Positions 7,174 through 16,156 of a stretch of DNA of 44,140 bases are shown in pieces; position 1 is the first letter of the stretch, and each line of letters begins with the position of its first letter. A program made the translations under genes and the position numbers. Under the pieces are notes generated by a model. That model did no database searches and was not told where the DNA came from. It saw only the letters and a list, made by a program, of their open reading frames with translations. The stretch covers positions 1 to 44,140 of the IMG/VR virus record IMGVR_UViG_3300025600_000030; one strand, given 5' to 3'. The stretch comes from a virus (lineage: Duplodnaviria > Caudoviricetes).

Positions 7174-8027
7174 TTTCTCACCCCATATACAATGAATTTT
7201 GCTGTTGTTGGTATCGTTCCTGCTGATACTGTATAGGTAAGTTTAGTAATTCCGGCGGTTAGTGTAATCACGCCCGTTCCAACGCACCCATCAAGTCCGT
7301 TATTAAATATTCCATAAACTGAATGCGAAAGTACGGTTTGAGTATCGGCAATTATATCGGGGTTATACATTAGTTCGTTTTTCATCGTAAATGAACCACT
7401 GGCTGAGAGAGTTACGGCAATAAAGGAATTACCATTGTTTCCATTGCTACTTGCGAGTGCAAATGCTTTTGTAAAATAGTTGTTGGCTGACATATCGTTG
7501 TAAATCGCCTTGAGAGAGCCTGCCGCATTGGGGTTGAATTGAACATCGATTATAAGTTGACGATATTGGGTCATATCGTAAGTACTTAAATCAATGCTAA
7601 ACGCAGCGGCCGCAGACGAAGGGGAAACTTCTCTTAACTTTACAAAATACGTGTCAGCCACTGGATTAAGCAGTTGCCAGTATGTACCGTCGTATTGCAG
7701 TAACGGCATTTTGGGCATTTGCGATGCCGATACTACCGAGCCGTTACAATAGACAGCTATTGCACCTGTTGAATTAACGTTGAGCGTTGCCGCAGCAACC
7801 GTGTTTACGTTTGCAAAAACAACCTCTAATATTTCATTTGCTTCCAAAACAAAGCCGCTTAATACGACTACTTTTGCTGCAGTAGCCGCCGCTGTTGCGC
7901 AAGTACCGCTCAGTATGGTATGAATGTTTGCATCGATGGTATCCATGTTGGTGTTTATGTCCGCGATGTTGACGTTATCCGTCCCTGCGGGCTTTTTTAA
8001 ATTCAGATTTGGTGTATAGGTTGCCAT
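7170..8027 (-). CDS. Tail fibre / receptor-binding protein
   Basis: N-terminus MATYTPNLNLKKPAGTD...INTNMDTID typical of Firmicute phage fibres; follows the baseplate wedge genes. Confidence 0.8.
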   Translation of the reverse strand: MATYTPNLNLKKPAGTDNVNIADINTNMDTIDANIHTILSGTCATAAATAAKVVVLSGFVLEANEILEVVFANVNTVAAATLNVNSTGAIAVYCNGSVVSASQMPKMPLLQYDGTYWQLLNPVADTYFVKLREVSPSSAAAAFSIDLSTYDMTQYRQLIIDVQFNPNAAGSLKAIYNDMSANNYFTKAFALASSNGNNGNSFIAVTLSASGSFTMKNELMYNPDIIADTQTVLSHSVYGIFNNGLDGCVGTGVITLTAGITKLTYTVSAGTIPTTAKFIVYGVRK

Positions 8028-8039
8028 ATGTGCCCTCCC

Positions 8040-8615
8040 TTAAATTCCTGCGCTTAATTCATCCCAAGTGTAAGATACAAGGTCGTCCCACTTGAAATTC
8101 CTGTAATACAAATTGCCCCACTCGCCAGATGCGGGCGCGATAAGTTCGACCGCAACTCCGCTCGGCACTGGAAATAAATATCCGTTAAGCAGTAAGTCCG
8201 ATATAAGCGTGTCGGTTGTTGTTAAGATATACGCTAAGCCTATCGACATATTGCAGTTGTCAACAATAACAATCGGATAACCAGACAGTACCGTTTCAAG
8301 CATCTTGTCATATTGTTCTCGCGTTCCGTCCCACTGATTTGTCATGACTTTTGCTTTCAGAACAAGCCTGTAATACGTGTCGTCCAACACAGGACTGACG
8401 CTATTCGATGGCTGAAAATCAAGCGTCCTTGACACGCCCAAAATCACGCCCAATGCATTTAACTGAGCGCCTATGGATAAATCTATATCATAGGCAGTCG
8501 GTATGCCCGTAAGTGTAGTCTGTGCGCCCCGAAACATCGTAAGCGATGCTGTGAGCCACGCTATATATTTAGGCTGCATCCTGTGCTGCGGCGTTATGAG
8601 ATTGATGTAATCCAT
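8040..8615 (-). CDS. Baseplate wedge protein (DUF2612-like)
   Basis: YDIDLSIGAQLNALGVILGVSR...LDDTYYRLVLKAKVMTNQWDGT; follows baseplate J. Confidence 0.85.
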   Translation of the reverse strand: MDYINLITPQHRMQPKYIAWLTASLTMFRGAQTTLTGIPTAYDIDLSIGAQLNALGVILGVSRTLDFQPSNSVSPVLDDTYYRLVLKAKVMTNQWDGTREQYDKMLETVLSGYPIVIVDNCNMSIGLAYILTTTDTLISDLLLNGYLFPVPSGVAVELIAPASGEWGNLYYRNFKWDDLVSYTWDELSAGI

Positions 8616-9790
8616 TACGTCACCGTCACAATCACATCACCGATTACGCCCAGTGCCACCTCGTTGAAGGCAAGCACAATGTCGGACGTTCCAAGACTTC
8701 CACCATGAGCACAAGCTGTCAATGCTGTTATGGAGAACGCGGGGGATTTGATATTGGGTATTGCCTGTAATGCTGCGCCCCAAAGCGAGGAGATAATGAC
8801 ATCATCACCTATTTGTAGACTATTAAGATAGTCGGCAATGTAAGTTTTGATATTGTCGGCCAATGCACTCGAATATCCCGCCAACGCCTTTACCGACACC
8901 GAAACGTCAATTGCAACCGAACTCGGACGATAAAACGAAATCGGAGTGATGAAACCGCTTGAACTGGTTTCATCTATTGTCGTTGTGCCATAAGTTCCAC
9001 AACCAGGGGTTTTGTGGTAGTAGATTTGTTCTGCGATCAGCGCGTCCGTGCCACCCTCGGCGACTATTGAGATGCTGTGTGCAGGGATCGTATCCGAGTC
9101 CACAGAGCCTGTGTTGTTTTCATACCCCACAACCCTAGTAACGCCGGAGATATTTAATACAGCGCTTATAATGCCGTCCAGAACCGTCCTTGACGGAAGA
9201 GTAACTGATAGAGCCTGTCTTGCCCTCAATTGTGAGTCGGTTTCCAATGCCATTCCAACCGTAGCGGCCACAGGATTTGTGACCGAAGTCCAGCCGTATT
9301 GTGGAGTGGTTATTAGATTTATTGCGCCTATCCCTGCAACGACGTTACCCGCCGTTTCGCAAGTAACTGTGACATTAAGAACGCCGCCAGTCGGAATGAC
9401 TGAGTTTAACGGCAAATCCCATCTATACCCTGCGCTGTCGGTTACAACACCTGCAGAAATCACAGTGCCGTCTATTCCCAAACAAGATACTGAACAGGTG
9501 GAGTGTGTCGGAGCGAGTCTTGTCAAGCCATTCAATTTAACTATAGAGTCAAGCCCCACGCCCACCGCAGTCAACGGAGATTGATTGTTGACCGCTAGCT
9601 GGCACATTTGCATGGCATCGTAAGTGATAGCCGAGATTGAGGCTATATACTGCATATCCTGACTGTCGTTATCGAGGTAGATGTCTTGACCAAAAATCGT
9701 TTGAGCTTGTGATATTAAATTAGCTTGTATATCAGAAAAGGACGGGATATGTAGTCCGGTAGAATCCAGATATGGTGCAAAATATGCCAT
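8615..9790 (-). CDS. Baseplate J/gp47-family wedge protein
   Basis: AVGVGLD...GLTR, ETDSQLRARQ, ENNTG...IPAHSI motifs. Confidence 0.9.
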   Translation of the reverse strand: MAYFAPYLDSTGLHIPSFSDIQANLISQAQTIFGQDIYLDNDSQDMQYIASISAITYDAMQMCQLAVNNQSPLTAVGVGLDSIVKLNGLTRLAPTHSTCSVSCLGIDGTVISAGVVTDSAGYRWDLPLNSVIPTGGVLNVTVTCETAGNVVAGIGAINLITTPQYGWTSVTNPVAATVGMALETDSQLRARQALSVTLPSRTVLDGIISAVLNISGVTRVVGYENNTGSVDSDTIPAHSISIVAEGGTDALIAEQIYYHKTPGCGTYGTTTIDETSSSGFITPISFYRPSSVAIDVSVSVKALAGYSSALADNIKTYIADYLNSLQIGDDVIISSLWGAALQAIPNIKSPAFSITALTACAHGGSLGTSDIVLAFNEVALGVIGDVIVTVT

Positions 9791-10132
9791 TTAAACGCTC
9801 ACCTCCACTGTTCCGAATGCCGTACTTACTGTCATATTTGCTGTGTATTTGCGGTCAGAGTCAAGTACGCTCGTATAAGCCGTTATGCCGGTGACGTTTG
9901 GAACTTCCAGAACGCGAGACTGAAACAATAAATCTATCGCGCCCTTATTGCCGAAGCCCGCGATGCTTTGAAAAAACGGAAGCCCGTCATTAAGGTTTTC
10001 CCAATAGTCGCCTTTGAATAATCCGAGCTTGGTTTTTATCGCCTGTGCCACCGCTTCCGCGCCCACAACAAAAGATGTATTTCCAAACCCAAAGACATAA
10101 TCGCCCGTTGGTGATAGTTGCCTATATTTCAT
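9791..10132 (-). CDS. Baseplate wedge / sheath-initiator (gp25/gp46-like)
   Basis: GDYVFG...AVAQAIKTKLGLFKGDYW...GLPF; position between spike and J. Confidence 0.75.
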   Translation of the reverse strand: MKYRQLSPTGDYVFGFGNTSFVVGAEAVAQAIKTKLGLFKGDYWENLNDGLPFFQSIAGFGNKGAIDLLFQSRVLEVPNVTGITAYTSVLDSDRKYTANMTVSTAFGTVEVSV

Positions 10133-10141
10133 TGTTTCACC

Positions 10142-11092
10142 TCACCACGTATAATCGTTGTTGCAATACATATTCCATTCCACATCACGGATTTTTAAAG
10201 CGTAACTATTGGCTGTAAGCACTCCGTTTATATTGACTTTGCAATATGCCTCAAAGTCTTTGCGCAATATGGACTTGTCCGTTACGCCTGCCATTATGTC
10301 ATCGTACAGGCGTTGACCTGACCTGAAATAGCCCCCACCGAGAGCATAGCAAAAGTCTGTTAAAGCATCAATCTGGTTTTGAGCAAGCGTTACGCCGCTA
10401 AAAGCCGACAAAACAGCGGACAAATATGTATGGTTTATATCGTAATTTAACAGTTGAAGTGCCGTTTCTTGTGTTAGCGGTGCGGTAAATCCAGAGGGCA
10501 AGACTTTAGAATTGTTCATGTGTCCTATCCCGATGGTCCAGTAGCCTGCAATATCCTGATACCAATTGAGGACACAACCTTCATGGCTTTTAATCAGTTG
10601 AAGTAAAGCATTGCTTACGCCTGTGCCGTTATTGTCTCTTGAGGCTGTGATTGAGCCAAAAGTATAGGCTATTGACGGGGAGGCGGCCGCACTCGTTCCA
10701 AGCCCCGTTATAGCTACGGCATTCGATAATGCATGACTTCTTAATATTTCTTGATTTTGTGTAGCCGGAATCCCTGTTGTGTCAACTCCGGTTGTGCTTA
10801 ATAGGCAAGATATGTCATGGTCGCAAAAGACCAGAAGAACCAAAGCTCCTTGCACCGGAGCACCGCCTATGTATGGAGTATCGGGTATTTCGGGGAACTC
10901 CTGCCACTTAACAGAGCCGTCGTTATTTACAATTCTCTCGTTGATAATCGGCTTGACGGTTAGCAGTCCGCCGACAGTGTCTACTGCGGTCACAACTCCT
11001 ATTGTTGCGACTCTCAAGTCTGAGAATATACTCTCTTTGAATTTATCGAAAACCACTTCTTGACTTCCGCTGCGCTGTGGTATGGTAAGCAT
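10142..11092 (-). CDS. Gp138-like spike N-domain fused to GH24 phage lysozyme
   Basis: N-terminal VLLVFCDHDI...RSHALSNAVAITG; C-terminal LIKSHEG...YQDIAGYWTIGIGH (E-x8-D-x5-T triad) and QNQIDAL. Confidence 0.85.
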   Translation of the reverse strand: MLTIPQRSGSQEVVFDKFKESIFSDLRVATIGVVTAVDTVGGLLTVKPIINERIVNNDGSVKWQEFPEIPDTPYIGGAPVQGALVLLVFCDHDISCLLSTTGVDTTGIPATQNQEILRSHALSNAVAITGLGTSAAASPSIAYTFGSITASRDNNGTGVSNALLQLIKSHEGCVLNWYQDIAGYWTIGIGHMNNSKVLPSGFTAPLTQETALQLLNYDINHTYLSAVLSAFSGVTLAQNQIDALTDFCYALGGGYFRSGQRLYDDIMAGVTDKSILRKDFEAYCKVNINGVLTANSYALKIRDVEWNMYCNNDYTW

Positions 11093-11103
11093 TTAATCAC
11101 CTT

Positions 11104-11955
11104 CTAAAATAGACTTGCTGGGTCTGTGAGCACTCCATCGATCTTAACCTCGAAATGGCAGTGTGGACCCGTTGACCATCCCGTCGAACCGACAAGCCCA
11201 ATTTCCTGTCCTTGCGTGACCGTTTGCCCGGCGGCCACTTCCAAGGCACTCATGTGCGCGTACAGTGAAGATATATTGTTTTCGTGCCGTATTATTACGT
11301 AGTTGCCATAAGACGAACTGTAAACCGCAACCGTGACCGTCCCGGGCTTAGTTGCAAGAATTGACGAACCGGAAGTTGCGGCAATATCAATGCCCGAATG
11401 GAAACGTCTATCTCCATAAATAGGATGAATCCGCCACCCGAAGGGAGATGAAATTGTGGAACTTGATGGTATAGGCCAAAGCCACTCTCCTGAAGCACCG
11501 ATCACGTTTTGAACATTGGCTTGCATTGCAATGTCTGTGCTCATACCCGTTGCGCTCGTGCCTAATCCCGTTATGGCTACCGCGTTCGACAAAGAGTGAC
11601 TTCGCAGCACTTCTTGATTAACGGTTGCGGGGGATCCAGTCGTATCGACTCCCGTCGCACTCAATAAGCAAGATAAATCATAATCACAATAAATTATCAA
11701 AACCGTATCGCCGATTTTGGGAGTGCCACCAACATAAGGCGTGTCAGGTATAACGGGGTATTCTTGCCACTTGACAGATCCGTCATTGTTTACAATGCGT
11801 TCATTGACCAACGGCTTCACGGTAAGCAAATTCGTAGCTGTGTCAATTGCCATTACGTTCCCTATTGAGGCAACTTTCAGGTCTGAAAATATACTTTCTT
11901 TGAACTTGTCGAATATTGCCTCCTGACCGCCGATTCTTTGCGGCAGTGTGAACAT
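11104..11955 (-). CDS. Gp138-like spike N-domain fused to M23 peptidase
   Basis: Paralogous N-domain; C-terminal FHSGIDI (HxxxD), YAHMS and STGPHCHFEV (HxH). Confidence 0.88.
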   Translation of the reverse strand: MFTLPQRIGGQEAIFDKFKESIFSDLKVASIGNVMAIDTATNLLTVKPLVNERIVNNDGSVKWQEYPVIPDTPYVGGTPKIGDTVLIIYCDYDLSCLLSATGVDTTGSPATVNQEVLRSHSLSNAVAITGLGTSATGMSTDIAMQANVQNVIGASGEWLWPIPSSSTISSPFGWRIHPIYGDRRFHSGIDIAATSGSSILATKPGTVTVAVYSSSYGNYVIIRHENNISSLYAHMSALEVAAGQTVTQGQEIGLVGSTGWSTGPHCHFEVKIDGVLTDPASLF

Positions 11956-11964
11956 AGAATCACC

Positions 11965-13014
11965 TCAATTGAGCGTGTTGCCTAAACTCGACAACAATTC
12001 CGGTAAGTTGGTTGTCGACTGCGTGACTGTTGAAATGTCTGCAAACCAATCATTGCCTCTTGTGTCGCCTGTAAATTTAACCGCTATAACACGATACAGT
12101 CCTTGTGGGTCAAGTAGCCACGGAGTACTAATGCCCTGTGAGTATGTTCCCACGCTTACAAGCTGTTGCGTTATCAGTTCATTGGATATATGCACAAGAC
12201 CGTATGGCATGATTTTAGGGTTTAAAAGGCACCTCGCGCTGACACCCTGATTGACTTGCTGTGGATTGCCTATCAAGCCCGATGTTTGGGATAGTTCGAC
12301 TGCTTCATGCCCCGTTGGCAAGTCATCAGAGCTGTCCGAATATGCTACAACGTAAAGTTCGCCGTTATCAACAAACCATGTGCCGTTGGCTGTCTTGGCA
12401 ATATCGCTCAAAGTGTTTTTTGCCAAGCCGTGAACCGTCATGCCTTTTGAATAGGTCGTAGTATCGAACACGGGGCTTGCATAGCCCAGTTTAATAGGAT
12501 TTGTTGCAGTGTTGGCTATGTTTTCAATTATTGCCCTGGCAGTCTGACCTTTTTCGTAACTGAATGAGCAAAATCCCTCGTTGATAAACTGCGTTCCGTC
12601 AAGGGCTAGAATTTGCAGCTTGTAATCTGTTCCGCTTTCTTTCCAGCGGTTACACATGAGGATTGTGCCGTCAAATATCTGTCCCCAAAGACCGGTCTTT
12701 TCGTCGCCGTATCCAGCATATAAAACAACTCTGTAGCCCTCTTCAAGGATAGAGTTTTCCGTTCCTGCGCTAAGGTTGTAAATGGTAATCTTTGCTGAGT
12801 TCGGATAATACAGAGCATAACGCTTAATCTCAAACGTACATCTTAGATTTGACACGTCCAAAGCGTAATCTCCGGCTTGTGCCTCCGCTGTGGTCGAAAT
12901 ATCCGAGTTAGGTGTGCCTGCAACATGATTGTAAACCACCACTCTGTATTTGCGTTTCCAGTTTAACGAGGTTGATTTAACTTGATTTGTAACGGTATAA
13001 ATGGTATCAGCCAT
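11965..13014 (-). CDS. Baseplate hub protein
   Basis: AKITIYNLS...LYAGY...IFDGTI, GLIGNP, GDTRGNDW; TAATG overlap at 13014. Confidence 0.8.
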   Translation of the reverse strand: MADTIYTVTNQVKSTSLNWKRKYRVVVYNHVAGTPNSDISTTAEAQAGDYALDVSNLRCTFEIKRYALYYPNSAKITIYNLSAGTENSILEEGYRVVLYAGYGDEKTGLWGQIFDGTILMCNRWKESGTDYKLQILALDGTQFINEGFCSFSYEKGQTARAIIENIANTATNPIKLGYASPVFDTTTYSKGMTVHGLAKNTLSDIAKTANGTWFVDNGELYVVAYSDSSDDLPTGHEAVELSQTSGLIGNPQQVNQGVSARCLLNPKIMPYGLVHISNELITQQLVSVGTYSQGISTPWLLDPQGLYRVIAVKFTGDTRGNDWFADISTVTQSTTNLPELLSSLGNTLN

Positions 13015-13328
13015 TATATCAACTCCCACTGAAGAACAAAGTTACCTATATTGGTGTCGTCAGCCTGTAGTGCCGAGTCTCCTGTGTTAACCAGATAGAC
13101 CGAACCGATATTAAGGTACTTGAACTGTGTAAACAAGTCTTGACCTACCAAAAGTGGAATGTTAAGCACGAGGGCATTTTTAGCCTTGTCATAAACGCCC
13201 ATAATCCAATATCCGGCAATCGTATTGTAGGATAGTTTCAAAAACAAGGTAAGACTTCTTGCATCACCCGGTACAACAACTTTGACTATTTGGTTAGGTC
13301 TGTTATCGAGCGCTAATGTCGAAGTCAT
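13014..13328 (-). CDS. Small baseplate protein
   Basis: LSYNTIAGYWIM...IPLLVGQDL; lies between the Dit-like and hub genes. Confidence 0.7.
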   Translation of the reverse strand: MTSTLALDNRPNQIVKVVVPGDARSLTLFLKLSYNTIAGYWIMGVYDKAKNALVLNIPLLVGQDLFTQFKYLNIGSVYLVNTGDSALQADDTNIGNFVLQWELI

Positions 13329-13338
13329 TTAAATCACC

Positions 13339-13905
13339 TCAGTTAAACGGATTTGGCGGGACGTATTGTTTGATCGGCATGAATTTTTCTTGTGATTGCG
13401 TCTGATCTGTCAATTGCGGATTTATTGAGCCTGTAGCCGGAGTTTGAAAGAATGGAACTCCGGAGGCTGCAATCCCCACATCGACGGCATCGGTTACGAT
13501 TATCTGCTGCATGGTCACTGTTGCTTTGATTGCATGATGAGTGGTCTTGTCTCGCGTAATGGACAATGACCGTATAATCATGTTTTTCCAAGAGAATACC
13601 GCTCCGCTGACACAAGAGTCTATTTGTAAGACCGTTGCATTTTGCCATAGACTGTGCAGGACTTGAAACGCCGAAGCGCTGCGACTGTTCAGAGTGCTAA
13701 ACTGTCCGCTCACCGTGCTTGCAAGGCAGTCAGACGTACCGACATCAAATGTAATCACAATCGGCTGCTGGTATACATGGTCGTTGATTGAAGCTCCGGA
13801 CTGTACGGGGTTTTGGGTTATCTGGTTGTCAAATTGGTAATTCTCTTTAAAGATTACATCGAACATATAACCGCCGATAGTCGATTTTATATACGCTAAA
13901 GCCAT
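13339..13905 (-). CDS. Dit-like / tube-initiator baseplate protein
   Basis: FDVIFKE...ITQNPVQSGASINDHVYQQP; follows the tape measure gene. Confidence 0.8.
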   Translation of the reverse strand: MALAYIKSTIGGYMFDVIFKENYQFDNQITQNPVQSGASINDHVYQQPIVITFDVGTSDCLASTVSGQFSTLNSRSASAFQVLHSLWQNATVLQIDSCVSGAVFSWKNMIIRSLSITRDKTTHHAIKATVTMQQIIVTDAVDVGIAASGVPFFQTPATGSINPQLTDQTQSQEKFMPIKQYVPPNPFN

Positions 13906-13915
13906 TCAATCACCT

Positions 13916-15166
13916 CTATCTGTTGACACCTGATACCGATTTGATTAGTGCTAAATTATCAATTGAACTTCCAACCGCGTCGCTCACCGCAGAGCCTATG
14001 CTTTGCGGGTCATCCGACACCGTGTACACGTTTACTACAGGGCTGTTGTGTACAGTCAGATTGCCTGTGTTCGCTGTGGTGTAGCTTGATGTATTGGGGG
14101 CGTAGTTTGCACCATTGACAAGGCCTGTAGTTGATACGGCGCTTGTCGCGGTGTCTGATGTCCTAAGCCCGAAAACATAGTCAATGCCTTTAACTACGTT
14201 TGTCCAATACTTATACCAAGCAGTAGCAATCGGGTCAAACGCTTTTTCAAGGTTATATCCGGCCATTTGTTTCATATAGGAGTTTGCTACCGCAAGTTCT
14301 TGTCTGCCCTCTCCCACGTCCGTAGCCCACCGACTGGCCGTTGACTCAAAGTCGGCAGGAAGTTTGAAATTAGACTGGAAATCCTGCAAATCGTTAAACT
14401 GCTGACGAAGCGTAGGGTTAAGCGCAATTTCGCTCAAATCTGCTGTGGTTTTACCCATCGCGGTCAATGTGTTATTTAAACGCCATGCCGTCTTTTCGGT
14501 TATCCACATCTCTTTCGACATGGTTTCAATGTTGATATTAGACTCAGACAACCCATTGGTTAAGTCTGAAACAGCTTTGCCGATTAGAACTACAGCGGCG
14601 ATCACCGCGGCAACTATTGCAACGGGAGGAGCTACGGCAGCAGCACCTGCGAGAAGCCCGCCTTCGCCCGCCATAGCGCCTGCGGTTTCACCTGTTATTC
14701 CCGCCTGTAAACCTTGCTCCGATACTTTGCCCGCTTGCAACGCTTTTCCTGTTTCTTTTGCGGCAGTCGATACGTTCGCTTTTCCTGTTTCTTTTGCGGA
14801 GCTAGTCTTTGATTTTCCGTCTAGGTTTTCACCCAAACTTGATAAAAACGACTTAGCGGACTTTGTACCGGAAGCTCCTGACAGAAAAGCTCCGAATATG
14901 TTTCCGCTGCCCATTTGCTTTGAAATGTCAGCAATCGAGCGCATAGTCTTTTGCAGGTCGAGCATGCCTTGATTCTGCTTCTTCAGTCCGTCCGCTTGCT
15001 GTTTGGAGCTGTCTTTTCTTGCCTTATCTGCTGTGGTATTGTCTTTATCGAAGGATTTTTGACGTTTTTCTATGTCGTCAAGGGTCTTTTTGTATTCCTT
15101 ACCCTTATCGCTGTCAAGGTCGAAGCCGAGGCTTACGAGATATTCTTCAATGTAATGTTCAGCCAT
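13916..15166 (-). CDS. Tape measure protein (short, 416 aa)
   Basis: IEEYLVSLGF start, coiled coil, central hydrophobic Ala/Val segment; follows the tail chaperones. Confidence 0.75.
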   Translation of the reverse strand: MAEHYIEEYLVSLGFDLDSDKGKEYKKTLDDIEKRQKSFDKDNTTADKARKDSSKQQADGLKKQNQGMLDLQKTMRSIADISKQMGSGNIFGAFLSGASGTKSAKSFLSSLGENLDGKSKTSSAKETGKANVSTAAKETGKALQAGKVSEQGLQAGITGETAGAMAGEGGLLAGAAAVAPPVAIVAAVIAAVVLIGKAVSDLTNGLSESNINIETMSKEMWITEKTAWRLNNTLTAMGKTTADLSEIALNPTLRQQFNDLQDFQSNFKLPADFESTASRWATDVGEGRQELAVANSYMKQMAGYNLEKAFDPIATAWYKYWTNVVKGIDYVFGLRTSDTATSAVSTTGLVNGANYAPNTSSYTTANTGNLTVHNSPVVNVYTVSDDPQSIGSAVSDAVGSSIDNLALIKSVSGVNR

Positions 15167-15407
15167 CTTGTTCCCTCCTTGCCCAGTCCCTATCCCTCTT
15201 GACGTTTTCGCTTTGTACGGTCATCATTTCAAGGATATTTAACAGGTCGACATAATTGTAAGTTTTTAGTTCGCTTTGTTGCCATAAACCCGCCATCACA
15301 GGCGCAAACAATGCTGCGTTTATGTTAGCGGGTTCGGCTATACCGTAACTGGCAGGACGCGGCTTGAAAGTTAGTTCTCTTCTGCCTGCCAGTATTCCAT
15401 GAAAAAA
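15159..15407 (-). CDS. -1 frameshift extension of the tail assembly chaperone (gpGT-like)
   Basis: Slippery T TTT TTC at 15407-15401. The -1 frame is open for 80 codons (HGILAG...LFAPVMAGLWQQSELKTYNYVDLLNILEMMTVQSEN...DG*) and overlaps the TMP start. Confidence 0.8.
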   Translation of the reverse strand, partial: FFHGILAGRRELTFKPRPASYGIAEPANINAALFAPVMAGLWQQSELKTYNYVDLLNILEMMTVQSENVKRDRDWARREQDG

Positions 15408-15712
15408 AGCAAGTACTGCGCTGTGAGCTTAGTCAAAATTGGAGCGGAAGCGTCGTTAATTCCTATGCCACCATCATCATCAACAACTTTGATAGCTCCT
15501 GCGCCTTTATCCTCGCTGCAATTTTTTAGACATAAAGACATAAATGTCTTTAGCTGCTCGGGAGGCATGGTCTGCTTTGAGCTTTTCATGCCAAACAAGT
15601 TTCCCAGCCCAAACGGCACTTTATATGCCGAGCACATATCGAATATTGCGCAGCCGTCCCATGCGGATGGGATTTTAAACTGAAACTTTCTTCCGCTGAT
15701 TTCAACGTCCAT
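15371..15712 (-). CDS. Tail assembly chaperone (gpG-like)
   Basis: Lies between tube and TMP; slippery site near the 3' end. Confidence 0.75.
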   Translation of the reverse strand: MDVEISGRKFQFKIPSAWDGCAIFDMCSAYKVPFGLGNLFGMKSSKQTMPPEQLKTFMSLCLKNCSEDKGAGAIKVVDDDGGIGINDASAPILTKLTAQYLLFFMEYWQAEEN

Positions 15713-15713
15713 A

Positions 15714-16148
15714 TTAAGCCTCCGTTATATGCGGAGAGAAGAACTCCCAAGTGATGTAGTCGCCTTTTTGTGCGTTTGTTCTGTCCGGTCTTTTTACAGG
15801 TGCGCAATTGACCGCCGTAACCAAAACGCCGTTGTCATAAAGCTCCTGAATGGTAATCGTTGCGCCCGCCCAAGAACTCGCGTCTGCGTTGCGAACGGCG
15901 TTGGTATAATTCAAAAGCCACTTGTTGACCGACGAGGTCTGAAGTAGCTTTAAACTAACCGTGCCGCGCGAAGTGTCGATTTTATCGATCATTACGGATC
16001 CGTCAGCGCCGAGTTCGGAATCTGTGAGGTTGTCCGCATAGGAAACCGTAATTGTTCCTACACCCTCGCCGACAACGGACTTCTGTCCTACCAAAGGGTG
16101 TGAAATGGTAAAGTTGACATCCAGAAATGAATAAGTTGTATTTTCCAT
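15714..16148 (-). CDS. Tail tube protein (DUF3277-like)
   Basis: TYSFLDV...GADGSVM...GTVSLKLLQTSSVNKWL; follows the sheath gene. Confidence 0.85.
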   Translation of the reverse strand: MENTTYSFLDVNFTISHPLVGQKSVVGEGVGTITVSYADNLTDSELGADGSVMIDKIDTSRGTVSLKLLQTSSVNKWLLNYTNAVRNADASSWAGATITIQELYDNGVLVTAVNCAPVKRPDRTNAQKGDYITWEFFSPHITEA

Positions 16149-16156
16149 TGTTTTGC

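Noticed and set aside
7170-8027. Diversity-generating retroelement or invertible fibre switch
   Set aside because: No reverse transcriptase, invertase or template/variable repeat pair seen.
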